Notes: generated by a model not told the origin, from the letters alone. A stretch of DNA of 64,000 nt from an uncultured Acidobacteriaceae bacterium (GCA_964247455.1 CAXTUR010000001.1:985-64984); one strand, 5' to 3'. Shown: positions 39,920 to 49,171, counted from the stretch's first letter. Translations and numbers: made by a program.

Positions 39920-40362
39920 AGACTTAGCTCCGGTGACGCTTCAGCAATCCGAAGGGTCTCGAGTGCGGTCCGAATCGCCTGCGTCAAAGGCGCCGGCCGA
40001 CGCGTTTCACGATCGACAAAGACCTGAACGACCCAGCCTTCGGCGGAGGCCTGGATTGCTCCGGCTCGGAATAGTCCTATTCCATATCGAACGCTGCTCC
40101 GTCCAAGGTGATCGACCCGAAGGCCAGCCTCGACTACTTCGGGGAATGCCAACTCGGAGAGGAATTTGCAGTGGGACTCGGCGCAAAACTGTAGGATCGG
40201 GCCGTTCCATAGATCAAGCGCACCCGTGCGCATGATGTAGTTGTTGATCGCGGTGTCGAAGTAACTATAGTATTGAGCGTCATTCACGTGGCCGTAAGGG
40301 TCGGCATCGCTCCAGCGTGTCGGAATGTACTCGAAATGAGGGTAGTTCGGCCGTTCCGGCAT
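39916..40362 (-). CDS. Acyl-CoA thioesterase (4HBT/YbgC hot-dog family)
   Basis: TRWSDADPYGHVND..YYSYFD, LGRSSVRY, VFVDR. Confidence 0.88.
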   Translation of the reverse strand: MPERPNYPHFEYIPTRWSDADPYGHVNDAQYYSYFDTAINNYIMRTGALDLWNGPILQFCAESHCKFLSELAFPEVVEAGLRVDHLGRSSVRYGIGLFRAGAIQASAEGWVVQVFVDRETRRPAPLTQAIRTALETLRIAEASPELSL

Positions 40363-40477
40363 GTTCACCCACCGAATAAAGATCAAGACGTCAAGCAAAG
40401 ACAGTTGGAAGCGTATAGACAATCCCATACCCGTCGGTGCATGGCAGACCAGAATAATGCCGGACCGCAGGGGTCGG

Positions 40478-40693
40478 TGTCAAGAAACCTGTGCAATTTC
40501 AATACCCGAGCGTGCTACAGCAATCGCGAACTAAAGCAACGGAAGGCCAGGGTCGTTGCTTTGAGTCATATCCCTTGTGCAGTATGGGGTCTTTACGTGA
40601 CGGATCTCAGGGACGGAAGAACGTAGGAGTTGTTCCCTATGCAAACTTGCAGAGCATGCTCTACGAAAACACTTGACAACCGCATCTCACTTG
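40478..40693. promoter_or_regulatory. Divergent promoter region with operators (GAGCGTGCTA 40508-40517, AGAGCATGCTCT 40651-40662)
   Basis: Minus-strand TTGACA 40478-40483 and plus-strand TTGACA 40673-40678; same layout as 24083-24259. Confidence 0.6.
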
Positions 40694-40810
40694 CTGCAAC
40701 GTACTCGTGTCCCGATGCGCCGCATCCTGTGCTTGTCGGGTTCAGCCGCTGTCTGCAATCCCGCTCCTTTACGAATGGCAGCTTGATGCTTGAATCACAA
40801 GGAGAACCAC

Positions 40811-41653
40811 ATGAAATTTATCCGCTATAAAAAGGATGGCTTTGCTGCTCTTGGAGCCATGGACGGCTCAAAGCTGTACGGAGGCGGAACGGGACTCGCC
40901 TTATCCGCCCTTGTCGCCGCAGGCACGAGCGAGTTGGAGGCTGCCCATAAGCATCTGTTGGCCGGAGAAGAACTAGATCCAGTCGGCGTAGAGTTCCTCC
41001 CGCCCTTCCCAGAGCCCGAGAAGATTATTTGCGTAGGGTTGAACTACAGGGATCACGCTGCGGAAAGCGGCGTTCAAGTCCCTACATACCCTGTGCTCTT
41101 CGGCCGTTTTGCGTCCAGCCTGATCGGCCATCAGGCGCCTATCATCATGCCCAAAGTATCCGACCAATTGGATTATGAGGGAGAATTAGTCGCGATTGTC
41201 GGGAAAGCTGGCAGAGACATTTCGCCGGAGCGCGCTCTTGAGCACGTCGCGGGTTATTCTATCTTCAACGATGCGTCGATACGCGACTATCAGTTCAAAT
41301 CCTCACAGTGGACCATTGGCAAGAATTTTGATGGTACCGGAGCTTTCGGACCCGCGTTTGTCACCGCCGATGAACTGCTCCCCGGTGCGAAGGGCCTACG
41401 GCTCACCACGAGACTCAATGGCACCGTGCTGCAAGACGCTTCGACAGACGATTTAATCTTCGATGTAGCTACGCTGGTATCGCTGCTAAGCGAAGCCATG
41501 ACCTTGCGGCCGGGCGACGTGATTGTAACTGGAACTCCGAGCGGTGTTGGCGCGGCCCGAAATCCCAAGATATTCATGAAGCCGGGTGATGTTTGTGAGG
41601 TAGAAATTGGGAGCATCGGCCTGTTGTCCAACCCAATCGCGGCACAATCCTAG
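40811..41653 (+). CDS. Fumarylacetoacetate hydrolase family protein
   Basis: KIICVGLNYRDHAAE, LDYEGEL, NDASIRDYQ, GKNFD, GDVIVTGTPSGVG. Confidence 0.93.
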   Translation: MKFIRYKKDGFAALGAMDGSKLYGGGTGLALSALVAAGTSELEAAHKHLLAGEELDPVGVEFLPPFPEPEKIICVGLNYRDHAAESGVQVPTYPVLFGRFASSLIGHQAPIIMPKVSDQLDYEGELVAIVGKAGRDISPERALEHVAGYSIFNDASIRDYQFKSSQWTIGKNFDGTGAFGPAFVTADELLPGAKGLRLTTRLNGTVLQDASTDDLIFDVATLVSLLSEAMTLRPGDVIVTGTPSGVGAARNPKIFMKPGDVCEVEIGSIGLLSNPIAAQS

Positions 41654-41758
41654 ATGCCCCGTCCGGTGCCGCGCGACGACATGGGCGTCGTATGCTCATG
41701 CAAATCGGTAGCCGATGCGATGGGTCGTAAGTTTTCGTCAAAGTGGAAGGACTGAGTC

Positions 41759-42883
41759 ATGGCTTGTATTTCGAACGCGTTGATTATTGGAGGCGGTATT
41801 GCCGGCCTGAGTTCGGCGATTACTTTGTCGAGGGTTGGTGTGCAGTGTGATGTCCTGGAGACTGCCGATATTCCCATGGGGGCTTCCATCGGTATTTCTG
41901 GGCGCGCCGCGGACGCATTGGCGGAGCTAGGCGTCTACGATGAGTGTTATGCAACCAGCTCCGTATGGGATGAGAGATCTTCGGCCGCGACGTTCTGGGA
42001 TGCCACAGGCAAGCTGATTAGCAGGATGCCGGATCGGCCGACTTGGCCGGGTGCCAAGACCGCATTGGGCGTGTATCGACCGGTCATGCTCGATCTTTTC
42101 GAGCAAAAGGCTCAGTCTTATGGAACTCGCATCCATCGGGGACTGACCGCACGCAAGATCGTTCCTTCTAGGAGCGGTCCAACTGTGACTCTAAGTGACG
42201 GACAGGTGAATCGATACGATCTTGTTATTGGCGCGGATGGGATCTGGTCATCGACCCGTCGAGAAGTCTTTCCGGACGCGCCGACGCCTGACTATGCCGG
42301 CCAGATGAGTCTCCGTTGGATGGCGCCCGGACCGGCGATCGCCGATGAAGGCTTTTACGCTGGCCCTGAAGGCCGCGTAGGTTTTTACTATATGCCGCAG
42401 GATCTCGTGTATGTGGCTGGGGTGATCGCCTCGCCACAGCCCATCCGGCCGTCAGCCGATGAGCTTTACATCCTGTTCGATAACCTTCTTGCGACGTTTA
42501 CGGCTCCGGCCATGGTGGAGTTGCGAAATCGGTTAACGCGCGATGCGGTACTGATTTGCCGGCCGTTTGAGTGGGTGCTAGTTCCTAATCCTTGGCGCGA
42601 CGGTGTGCTGTTGATCGGGGACGCAGCGCACGCGACGACTGCGCACATGGGCATGGGCGGTGGAATGGCCATTGAAGATTCCGTAGTCCTGGGGCAGTGC
42701 ATTGCTGAGGCTGGCTCGCTCGAGAAAGCGGTAGAACAATTTATGGAACGGCGGTTCAACCGTATACGCACGGTGGTCGAAACTAGCATTGCAATTTCTC
42801 GAGGCGAGCAAACCGGCGCGCCGCTCTCGGAGCGTATGCGCCTCTCAAAGGCTGCGTTCGCCGTATTGGCTGAGGCCTACTGA
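41759..42883 (+). CDS. Single-component FAD-dependent monooxygenase (group A aromatic hydroxylase)
   Basis: IIGGGIAG, IGADGIWS, IGDAAHATTAHMGMGGGMAIED. Confidence 0.9.
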   Translation: MACISNALIIGGGIAGLSSAITLSRVGVQCDVLETADIPMGASIGISGRAADALAELGVYDECYATSSVWDERSSAATFWDATGKLISRMPDRPTWPGAKTALGVYRPVMLDLFEQKAQSYGTRIHRGLTARKIVPSRSGPTVTLSDGQVNRYDLVIGADGIWSSTRREVFPDAPTPDYAGQMSLRWMAPGPAIADEGFYAGPEGRVGFYYMPQDLVYVAGVIASPQPIRPSADELYILFDNLLATFTAPAMVELRNRLTRDAVLICRPFEWVLVPNPWRDGVLLIGDAAHATTAHMGMGGGMAIEDSVVLGQCIAEAGSLEKAVEQFMERRFNRIRTVVETSIAISRGEQTGAPLSERMRLSKAAFAVLAEAY

Positions 42884-42921
42884 TCCGCTGCAGAGCTTTC
42901 AAAGATGCCAGGAGAACTTCC

Positions 42922-43515
42922 GTGACAAACCCTTTAACGCCGGATGCCCTCGATCGCCTATTCCTCACCGCACGAACCTGCAGCCAATGGTCGGACAAGC
43001 CAGTCGACGATTCTCTGGTGCACGTACTGTACGATCTTCTCAAGTCAGGTCCTACTTCAGCCAACAGCAGCCCCGCGCGTTTCGTTTGGGTCCGCTCTGC
43101 TGATGCAAAAGCACAATTGGCCAATACGGTCTTCGAGGGAAACAGGACGAAGATACTATCCGCTCCCCTCATCGCCATTGTTGGGCACGACCTCGATTTT
43201 GCGAACAGCCTGCAGAAGCTGCTTCCTGCAGACCGCGTGCCCCCCATGCAAAAGATGTTTAGCGACCCAAATCTAGCTCAAGTGACAGCGATGCGCAACG
43301 GCAGCCTGCAGGGGGCATACCTCATCATGGCCGCGCGTGCGTTGGGTCTGGACTGCGGGCCGATGTCAGGCTTCGATCACAAGGCGGTCGATGAGGCGTT
43401 CTTTGTAGGGACGCAGGTTCTATCCAACTTCCTCTGTTGCCTCGGCTATGGGGAACAGCCTCCGTTCCCGCGCAATCCCCGTCTCAGCTTCGAAGAGGCG
43501 TGCCGCTTCGCCTGA
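42922..43515 (+). CDS. rutE: Nitroreductase-family malonic semialdehyde reductase (RutE-like)
   Basis: LFLTART, GPTSANSSPARF, RNGSLQGAYL, GLDCGPMSGFD, RLSFEEAC. Confidence 0.82.
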   Translation: MTNPLTPDALDRLFLTARTCSQWSDKPVDDSLVHVLYDLLKSGPTSANSSPARFVWVRSADAKAQLANTVFEGNRTKILSAPLIAIVGHDLDFANSLQKLLPADRVPPMQKMFSDPNLAQVTAMRNGSLQGAYLIMAARALGLDCGPMSGFDHKAVDEAFFVGTQVLSNFLCCLGYGEQPPFPRNPRLSFEEACRFA

Positions 43516-43729
43516 GCTTCGCCGGTCTTGTGGCAGCCGGATCAGGTATCCACTTCTTGCGCGTCTACGTCCGCTGAGTGACAGGAGACGCGCACCGCTG
43601 GCCCGGGTGAACGAAAGAGGCGCACGCTGTAGCTTTCGTCCATTCGGTCATTCTGCCGATTGTTGCTTGCGAAGCGTCTCTAACGAGTGCTAATGTGGCG
43701 GATTGAACACAGTTCTTCGGAGAGTGTTT

Positions 43730-45130
43730 ATGCAGACGATGTACAACGGTTTGCCGGTGCCTGCGAATGGTGAAGCAATTACGTACGAAGACGGAACGTA
43801 CAGGGTGCCAGATCATCCCATCATTCCGTTCATAGAGGGCGACGGCACGGGCCGCGATATCTGGCGGGCGTCGCAGCGGGTATTCGACGCGGCGGTGGAG
43901 AAGGCGTACGGCGGCCAGCGTTCCGTGCACTGGTTCGAGATCCTTGCGGGGGAAAAGTCCTACCGCAAATCGCAGAACTGGCTACCCGAGGATTCGGTGC
44001 AGGCAGCTGTCGACTTCCGCGTCTCCATCAAGGGACCGCTGACAACGCCGGTGGGCGGCGGCATCCGATCGCTCAATGTCGCGCTGCGGCAGATCATGGA
44101 CCTTTATCAATGCATTCGGCCGGTGAAGTACTACGCTGGCGTGCCCAGTCCTGTAAAGCATCCCGAGAAGCTCGATATCGTGATCTTCCGCGAAAATACC
44201 GAAGACATCTACGCCGGAATCGAGTTTCGCGAGGGAACACCGGAGGCGGCCAGGTTTATTTCGTTTGTGAACGACGACATGTTGAAGGGAGTCAAGAAGA
44301 AGATACGCCTCGACTCGGGTGTGGGCGTTAAGCCGATCTCCATTACAGGCTCGAAACGCCTGGTACGCGCAGCCATTCGCTACGCGATCAAGGAAGGCCG
44401 GAAGACGGTAACCCTCGTCCACAAGGGAAACATTCAGAAGTTCACAGAGGGCGCGTTCCGCGAATGGGGCTATGAGGTTGCCGTCCTGGAGTTCCGTGAT
44501 GAGACGGTCACAGAGCGGGAGAGTTGGATTCTCGATAACCAGGAGAAGAACTCCGGCCTTTCACCACAGGAAAATGCGGCGATGATTGAGCCCGGAATTG
44601 AGTTCGCACCTCCCGAGTTTGGCACTGCCGTGGTTGCAGAGGTCGAAGGTGTCTTGAGGACGATCGGAGCCTCTCATGGGGAAGGGCGCTGGAAGAAGAA
44701 GATACTCATCAACGACCGGATCGCTGATTCCATCTTCCAGCAGATTATTATCAGGCCCTCCGACTACAGTGTTTTGGCGACTACAAACCTCAATGGAGAC
44801 TACATTTCGGATGCGGCCGCTGCGCAGGTCGGGGGGCTGGGCATTGCGCCTGGCGGGAATATCGGCGATGGATACGCGGTCTTTGAGGCGACCCATGGAA
44901 CTGCTCCGAAATACGCCGACCAGGATGTGATCAATCCGGGTTCAGTGATTTTGTCAGGGGTCATGTTGTTTGATTTCATAGGCTGGTCAGAAGCCGCTCG
45001 GCTGATCGAAAGGTCACTGGAAACAACCATTGAGCAGAAGTTCGTTACCTATGACTTTGAACGTCAGATGCAGGGAGCGACCAAAGCCAAGACCAGCGAG
45101 TTCGCCTCCAGAATGATCGATAATATGTAA
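43730..45130 (+). CDS. icd: NADP-dependent isocitrate dehydrogenase
   Basis: [49 protein letters not shown]. Confidence 0.95.
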   Translation: MQTMYNGLPVPANGEAITYEDGTYRVPDHPIIPFIEGDGTGRDIWRASQRVFDAAVEKAYGGQRSVHWFEILAGEKSYRKSQNWLPEDSVQAAVDFRVSIKGPLTTPVGGGIRSLNVALRQIMDLYQCIRPVKYYAGVPSPVKHPEKLDIVIFRENTEDIYAGIEFREGTPEAARFISFVNDDMLKGVKKKIRLDSGVGVKPISITGSKRLVRAAIRYAIKEGRKTVTLVHKGNIQKFTEGAFREWGYEVAVLEFRDETVTERESWILDNQEKNSGLSPQENAAMIEPGIEFAPPEFGTAVVAEVEGVLRTIGASHGEGRWKKKILINDRIADSIFQQIIIRPSDYSVLATTNLNGDYISDAAAAQVGGLGIAPGGNIGDGYAVFEATHGTAPKYADQDVINPGSVILSGVMLFDFIGWSEAARLIERSLETTIEQKFVTYDFERQMQGATKAKTSEFASRMIDNM

Positions 45131-45169
45131 GCCATGGCGCGCTACAGTTGCATAAGCTCAAAGGAACAT

Positions 45170-45222
45170 CATGCTCATGCTTGGTAAACACGCCGCTTAA
45201 GCTTAGCGCAAGCATGGGCGTG
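45170..45222 (+). terminator. Inverted repeat downstream of icd
   Basis: catgctcatgcttg / caagcatgggcgtg, 14-bp stem with G-U pairs; weak U-tract. Confidence 0.4.
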
Positions 45223-45462
45223 TATTAGCGGTTTTCCTCGGTAAATGAGCTTACTTCGGTACGTATGGGCTGGAAACATGGGAAAACCAGCAGATTTGCG
45301 TAACAATCCATTGACATTCCCTCCAAAAGAGCCGATGGTGAAGGGCGGTACGGTTCTCGTTTCCGCATGAACACTGGCGATTTCGGTCGCCGGCCACTCA
45401 GCCAGTGTCTCCCGGACGCTTCCCGCATCACCGACTCTCAGCACGTAAAGGAGTAACACGCA

Positions 45463-45807
45463 ATGGCAAAAGGCATGACCAAGACAGCTCTGATCCGCTC
45501 GATGGCGGACCAGCTAGAACTTCCCACCAAGCAAGTCGGCACGATCCTCGAGACCCTCGCGGCCACCGCCATCTCCGAGACTAAGAAGAACGGCGAGTTC
45601 ACCATTCCCGGCATCGGCAAGCTCGTAAAGGCGGAGCGCAAGGCGCGCCTCGGGCGCAATCCCCAGACCGGCGAATCTATCAAGATCAAGGCGAAAACTG
45701 TGGTCAAGTTCCGCGTCGCCAAGAGCGCTAAAGACACCATCGCGCCCGTCGCCGCCGCAAAGGCCGCCAAGGCTCCGGCAAAGGCCGCGAAGGCCGCCAA
45801 GAAGTAG
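45463..45807 (+). CDS. hup: HU family DNA-binding protein with Ala/Lys-rich tail
   Basis: MTKTALI, IPGIGK, RKARLGRNPQTGE, VKFR; tail AAKAAKAPAKAAKAAKK; RBS AAGGAG. Confidence 0.95.
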   Translation: MAKGMTKTALIRSMADQLELPTKQVGTILETLAATAISETKKNGEFTIPGIGKLVKAERKARLGRNPQTGESIKIKAKTVVKFRVAKSAKDTIAPVAAAKAAKAPAKAAKAAKK

Positions 45808-45811
45808 GCGG

Positions 45812-45851
45812 GTGTGGCCGTCAAGAGATAGCTCGTACTTGACGGCCACGC
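45812..45851. terminator. Hairpin between convergent hup and oxidoreductase genes
   Basis: gtgtggccgtcaag / cttgacggccacgc. Confidence 0.7.
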
Positions 45852-45875
45852 TCCTTCCATCCCGCCGAACAGCCG

Positions 45876-46784
45876 CTAAGCCAATAAGACTACCTTTCCG
45901 ATCCCACCCTTTTCCGCCGCGCGATGCCCTTCCGCCGTGTCTTCAAGCGCAAGCATCCGGTCGATAGGGAGGACCAGCCGCTTGGCGAACACATCTTCCG
46001 CGAGTTTGCGGAGGGATGCTGCGTCTGACTCGACCGCTATGGGAACAACCGTCACGGTGGGGTGCATCTTGGCGTTGGCGGGCATCCCTAGGACCGAGGC
46101 GAAGATGCCGCCTTGCTTTACTTTGCCGAGGAGCATCTCGGCGGTCTCATGCCCGACGGCGTCGGCGACCGCATCCACGAAGCCGAGCTTGGCCATCGCC
46201 TCTTTGTCGTCGAGCGCGAGGACGTCATCGGCTCCCAGCGCGGCGGCTTGTTCCAACTGGCTCTTACGAACGCCAGCGATGACGACCGCACCCGCTTGTT
46301 TGGCCGTCCATACAGCCGCTCGTCCTACGCCGCCGAATGCGCCCGCGACCAGCACCGTCAGGCCGGACTGGATCTTTGTCCCGCGTGTGATGAGTTGTTC
46401 GCCGGTCAGAGTGACGAGGGGAAGCGCACCCGCCTCGGTCATCTCCAGGCCGTCCGGCACGCGCGCGAGGTCTTCGGCCTTGACAACAACCAACTCGGCA
46501 TAGGTCTTGCGGCCAAGGGCCATGACGCGGTCGCCAGGCTCGAAGCCCGAGACGCTGGGGCCGAGCGAGCGGACGACACCGGCGATGTCGCGGCCGAGGA
46601 TGCCGGGGAACTCGACCGGATAGCGTGCTTTGGCTGCGCCGCTGCGTATCTTGTAGTCGACCGGGTTGACGCTCGTGGCGGTGACGCGGACCAGGACCTC
46701 GCCCTCGCCGGGAAGGGGATCGTCGACGTCCTCGTACTTTAGCTTGTCGGGGCCGCCGTATTCATGTAACACCACAGCTTTCAT
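45876..46784 (-). CDS. NADP-dependent oxidoreductase (MDR / quinone oxidoreductase family)
   Basis: MKAVVLHEYGGP, SVNPVD, GRDIAG, AGAFGGVG, GKVVL. Confidence 0.9.
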   Translation of the reverse strand: MKAVVLHEYGGPDKLKYEDVDDPLPGEGEVLVRVTATSVNPVDYKIRSGAAKARYPVEFPGILGRDIAGVVRSLGPSVSGFEPGDRVMALGRKTYAELVVVKAEDLARVPDGLEMTEAGALPLVTLTGEQLITRGTKIQSGLTVLVAGAFGGVGRAAVWTAKQAGAVVIAGVRKSQLEQAAALGADDVLALDDKEAMAKLGFVDAVADAVGHETAEMLLGKVKQGGIFASVLGMPANAKMHPTVTVVPIAVESDAASLRKLAEDVFAKRLVLPIDRMLALEDTAEGHRAAEKGGIGKVVLLA

Positions 46785-46821
46785 CGCTGCACCTCATGGG
46801 ATGAGATGCCGTTCGGGCCGC

Positions 46822-48306
46822 CTACCGCCGAAGGAAGACTGCGGCTACGTCGTCTTCGTAGACCAGCGCGAACTGCGGCGCCAGCCTGAGGACCTGCGTC
46901 AACGGCTGTTTGACGGGCGCGATGACGAGCTTGGCACTGCGGAACTCCACATCCGCGCCCCAGCCGGGTTCGGCGGACCAGGTCTTGAGCGCGGCTTCGA
47001 GGCGCTCGTCGCCATAGAGCGCGGCGCGGCCATCAAGGCTAACCGGCTTTCGCAGGGTCCACATCAGGTAGCCACCCCATTCGTAGGTGTTGTAGAGCGG
47101 ACCGTCGTAGCCGCGGGCTTGCACCGCCTCGACCGCGCGCACGGGCAGCGTCTTCGCAAGCCTGGTTTGCAGCCGGGCCTCGGTGATCCGCATACTCCAT
47201 GCGCCGGCCAGCAGACCGCAGGAGGCCAGACCTACCAGCCAGGGGAGTGGAACGTCGGCGGGTGCTTGTTTCGCGCTGCCGACTTGCGAACCTTGCGCCA
47301 AGATCAAGGCAGTCGTGATCGCCAGGAGCCAGAGGTCACGCTGCGAACGGAACGCGACGGCGGCCGCAAACACCAGCAGCGCGGTCTCAAAGGGGAGAAA
47401 ACGGGAGCGCCTTCCCAGTGCCGCGGCCGCCGCAAGCGTCATGGTAAGAAGCAGAAAGTCCCCGAAGCGGCGGAAAGGGATCGCCTGCATCTCCCGGACG
47501 AAGCGTAGGGGACCGCTCTGCGCGGCCAGATCGTAGGCGGCGCGGTAGATGTGCCAGCCATAGGGGTTTGCCATGGCCGCTAGGACGCATACGCCGAGCG
47601 CAAGCCATAAGGCTCCTGCACGCTGCGGGGTTGTCGTTAGTGGCTGCTTATTTGAGAGCGTGGCCGCTACAGCCATCAGGCCAAGCATGAGGAGGCCGTC
47701 CACAAATTGGATGTGGATGTTTGCCCAAACTACGAAGATCAGCGGCAGCCACCACAAGGTCTGGACTCGTCCGCTGCGCTGCACTCTTACAAGGATGTCG
47801 AGTTCGAGAGCGAACAGCAGGATGGTGAGCAGCCAGGGGCGGGGCGTATACAGCGGTGCTATGGACAGCATCACACCGGTGGTTAGTAGGGTCACCTTCG
47901 TCGCGTCCTCTTCGAGCCAGGAGAGCAGGCGATGCAGCACGACCGTGATCGCCAGCACCGCGCTGGTGCTATACGCCAGGAAGCCCAGAAGCACCCATCT
48001 ACGGTAGAGCTGAAAGATCAGGCAGTCGAACAACCAGCTATACGCCACCCACGGCGCGCCGCCAACACCACCCTCGGCGATGCTCCGCGAGAACGGATCG
48101 ACACGCGGCACGGCACCATGCTCGGCGATCCACTCCCCCGTACGAAGATGCCACCAGAGATCCTCATCCGCCACAACCGCGGCGTGCAGGCAGAGTAGCC
48201 CCGGAACTACAAGCAGGACGACCCGCATGGCCGCGCGGGCAAAGCGCTCTCCACGTGCACGGGGGGGGTACGCTGTCTGCAGCTTGTCTCCTGTCTGCCA
48301 TTCCAC
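46822..48306 (-). CDS. Polytopic membrane protein (GT-C glycosyltransferase-like)
   Basis: DEDLWWHLRTGEWI, DPFS, WVAYSWLF, WANIH, NPYG, YEWGGYL, DGRAALYG; start uncertain. Confidence 0.7.
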   Translation of the reverse strand: MEWQTGDKLQTAYPPRARGERFARAAMRVVLLVVPGLLCLHAAVVADEDLWWHLRTGEWIAEHGAVPRVDPFSRSIAEGGVGGAPWVAYSWLFDCLIFQLYRRWVLLGFLAYSTSAVLAITVVLHRLLSWLEEDATKVTLLTTGVMLSIAPLYTPRPWLLTILLFALELDILVRVQRSGRVQTLWWLPLIFVVWANIHIQFVDGLLMLGLMAVAATLSNKQPLTTTPQRAGALWLALGVCVLAAMANPYGWHIYRAAYDLAAQSGPLRFVREMQAIPFRRFGDFLLLTMTLAAAAALGRRSRFLPFETALLVFAAAVAFRSQRDLWLLAITTALILAQGSQVGSAKQAPADVPLPWLVGLASCGLLAGAWSMRITEARLQTRLAKTLPVRAVEAVQARGYDGPLYNTYEWGGYLMWTLRKPVSLDGRAALYGDERLEAALKTWSAEPGWGADVEFRSAKLVIAPVKQPLTQVLRLAPQFALVYEDDVAAVFLRR

Positions 48307-48394
48307 GCGCCACGGACCCTCTCTTCCACCATACGGCGAGGTAAAGGGACGCTGGGCAATTAATAGGGTTGTGTACTTCGGAGCGCAACCAGCT

Positions 48395-49171
48395 TTACCG
48401 ATTTGGTGCGATGTCACGGATTGCGGCGACGACAACATGTACGGTGACGGAAAGTTCCTGATCGCCCGCCTCGGTAGCAATCGGCGGCATCGCCATCGCC
48501 TGTTCGGGAGCTGCGACCTTCATCGCCATCATGGGTGCCGCCGCGATCCGTGGCGAGCCGCTCATTTCATTGACACTGATGGAGCGCACGGACGCCATGT
48601 GCAGACCCGCCGCTTTGGCGATCGTTTCAGCCTCGGCCAGTGCGGCCCGCGTCGCTTCCGCCGCAAGGCCACGCTGCGCCACCAGCGTCTCTTCTTCCGT
48701 CGCCAAGAAGGACGTGGAGTCGATACTGCTGCCGCCATTGGACAGCACCCCAGTCAGGACTTCAGGTGCCCTCTCCGCCGCGGTACGAAACGAGATCTGA
48801 GATGTTCCTGTGTAACTGACGGTACGGTCCGGGCCGTTGCGCTGCGACTTCGTGTCCGGCGCAAACGAGACGGCGGTTGTGGTCAGGCGCTCGACGTTCG
48901 CCTGGCGAAGATACGCTAGCAGCAGCCTTGACTTCTCGCCGAGCGCACGCTGCGCCGAAACCAGATCATGTTGCGTCGTCGTGAGACCGATCTGGATATC
49001 TGCTGTGGTGTTTGGAATGCGGGTATGGGCTTGAGCGTGGGTGTCGATCAGCGTGGCACACGTTTGCGGCGCGGTGCAGGGATCGCTGGTTTGCGCGAAG
49101 ATAACCGAAGAACCATAGAGAAGAGCGGATGAAAGCAGCACCCGCCTACTCGTCGTCCATCTATTGCTCAT
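48395..49171 (-). CDS. SIMPL (DUF541/YggE) domain periplasmic protein
   Basis: Signal peptide, SIMPL-like pattern (A.AEA...A..IAKAAG...VRSI...GDQELSVTVHV); ATG after AGGGGAG. Confidence 0.82.
   Translation of the reverse strand: MSNRWTTSRRVLLSSALLYGSSVIFAQTSDPCTAPQTCATLIDTHAQAHTRIPNTTADIQIGLTTTQHDLVSAQRALGEKSRLLLAYLRQANVERLTTTAVSFAPDTKSQRNGPDRTVSYTGTSQISFRTAAERAPEVLTGVLSNGGSSIDSTSFLATEEETLVAQRGLAAEATRAALAEAETIAKAAGLHMASVRSISVNEMSGSPRIAAAPMMAMKVAAPEQAMAMPPIATEAGDQELSVTVHVVVAAIRDIAPNR

Noticed and set aside
43531-43553. tggcagccggatcaggtatccac as a possible third att remnant
   Set aside because: Only 8 contiguous nt match the tRNA end; compatible with chance
43573-43617. Hammerhead-like ctgagtga ... 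cgaaa
   Set aside because: Core does not fit CUGANGA and the required three stems could not be built
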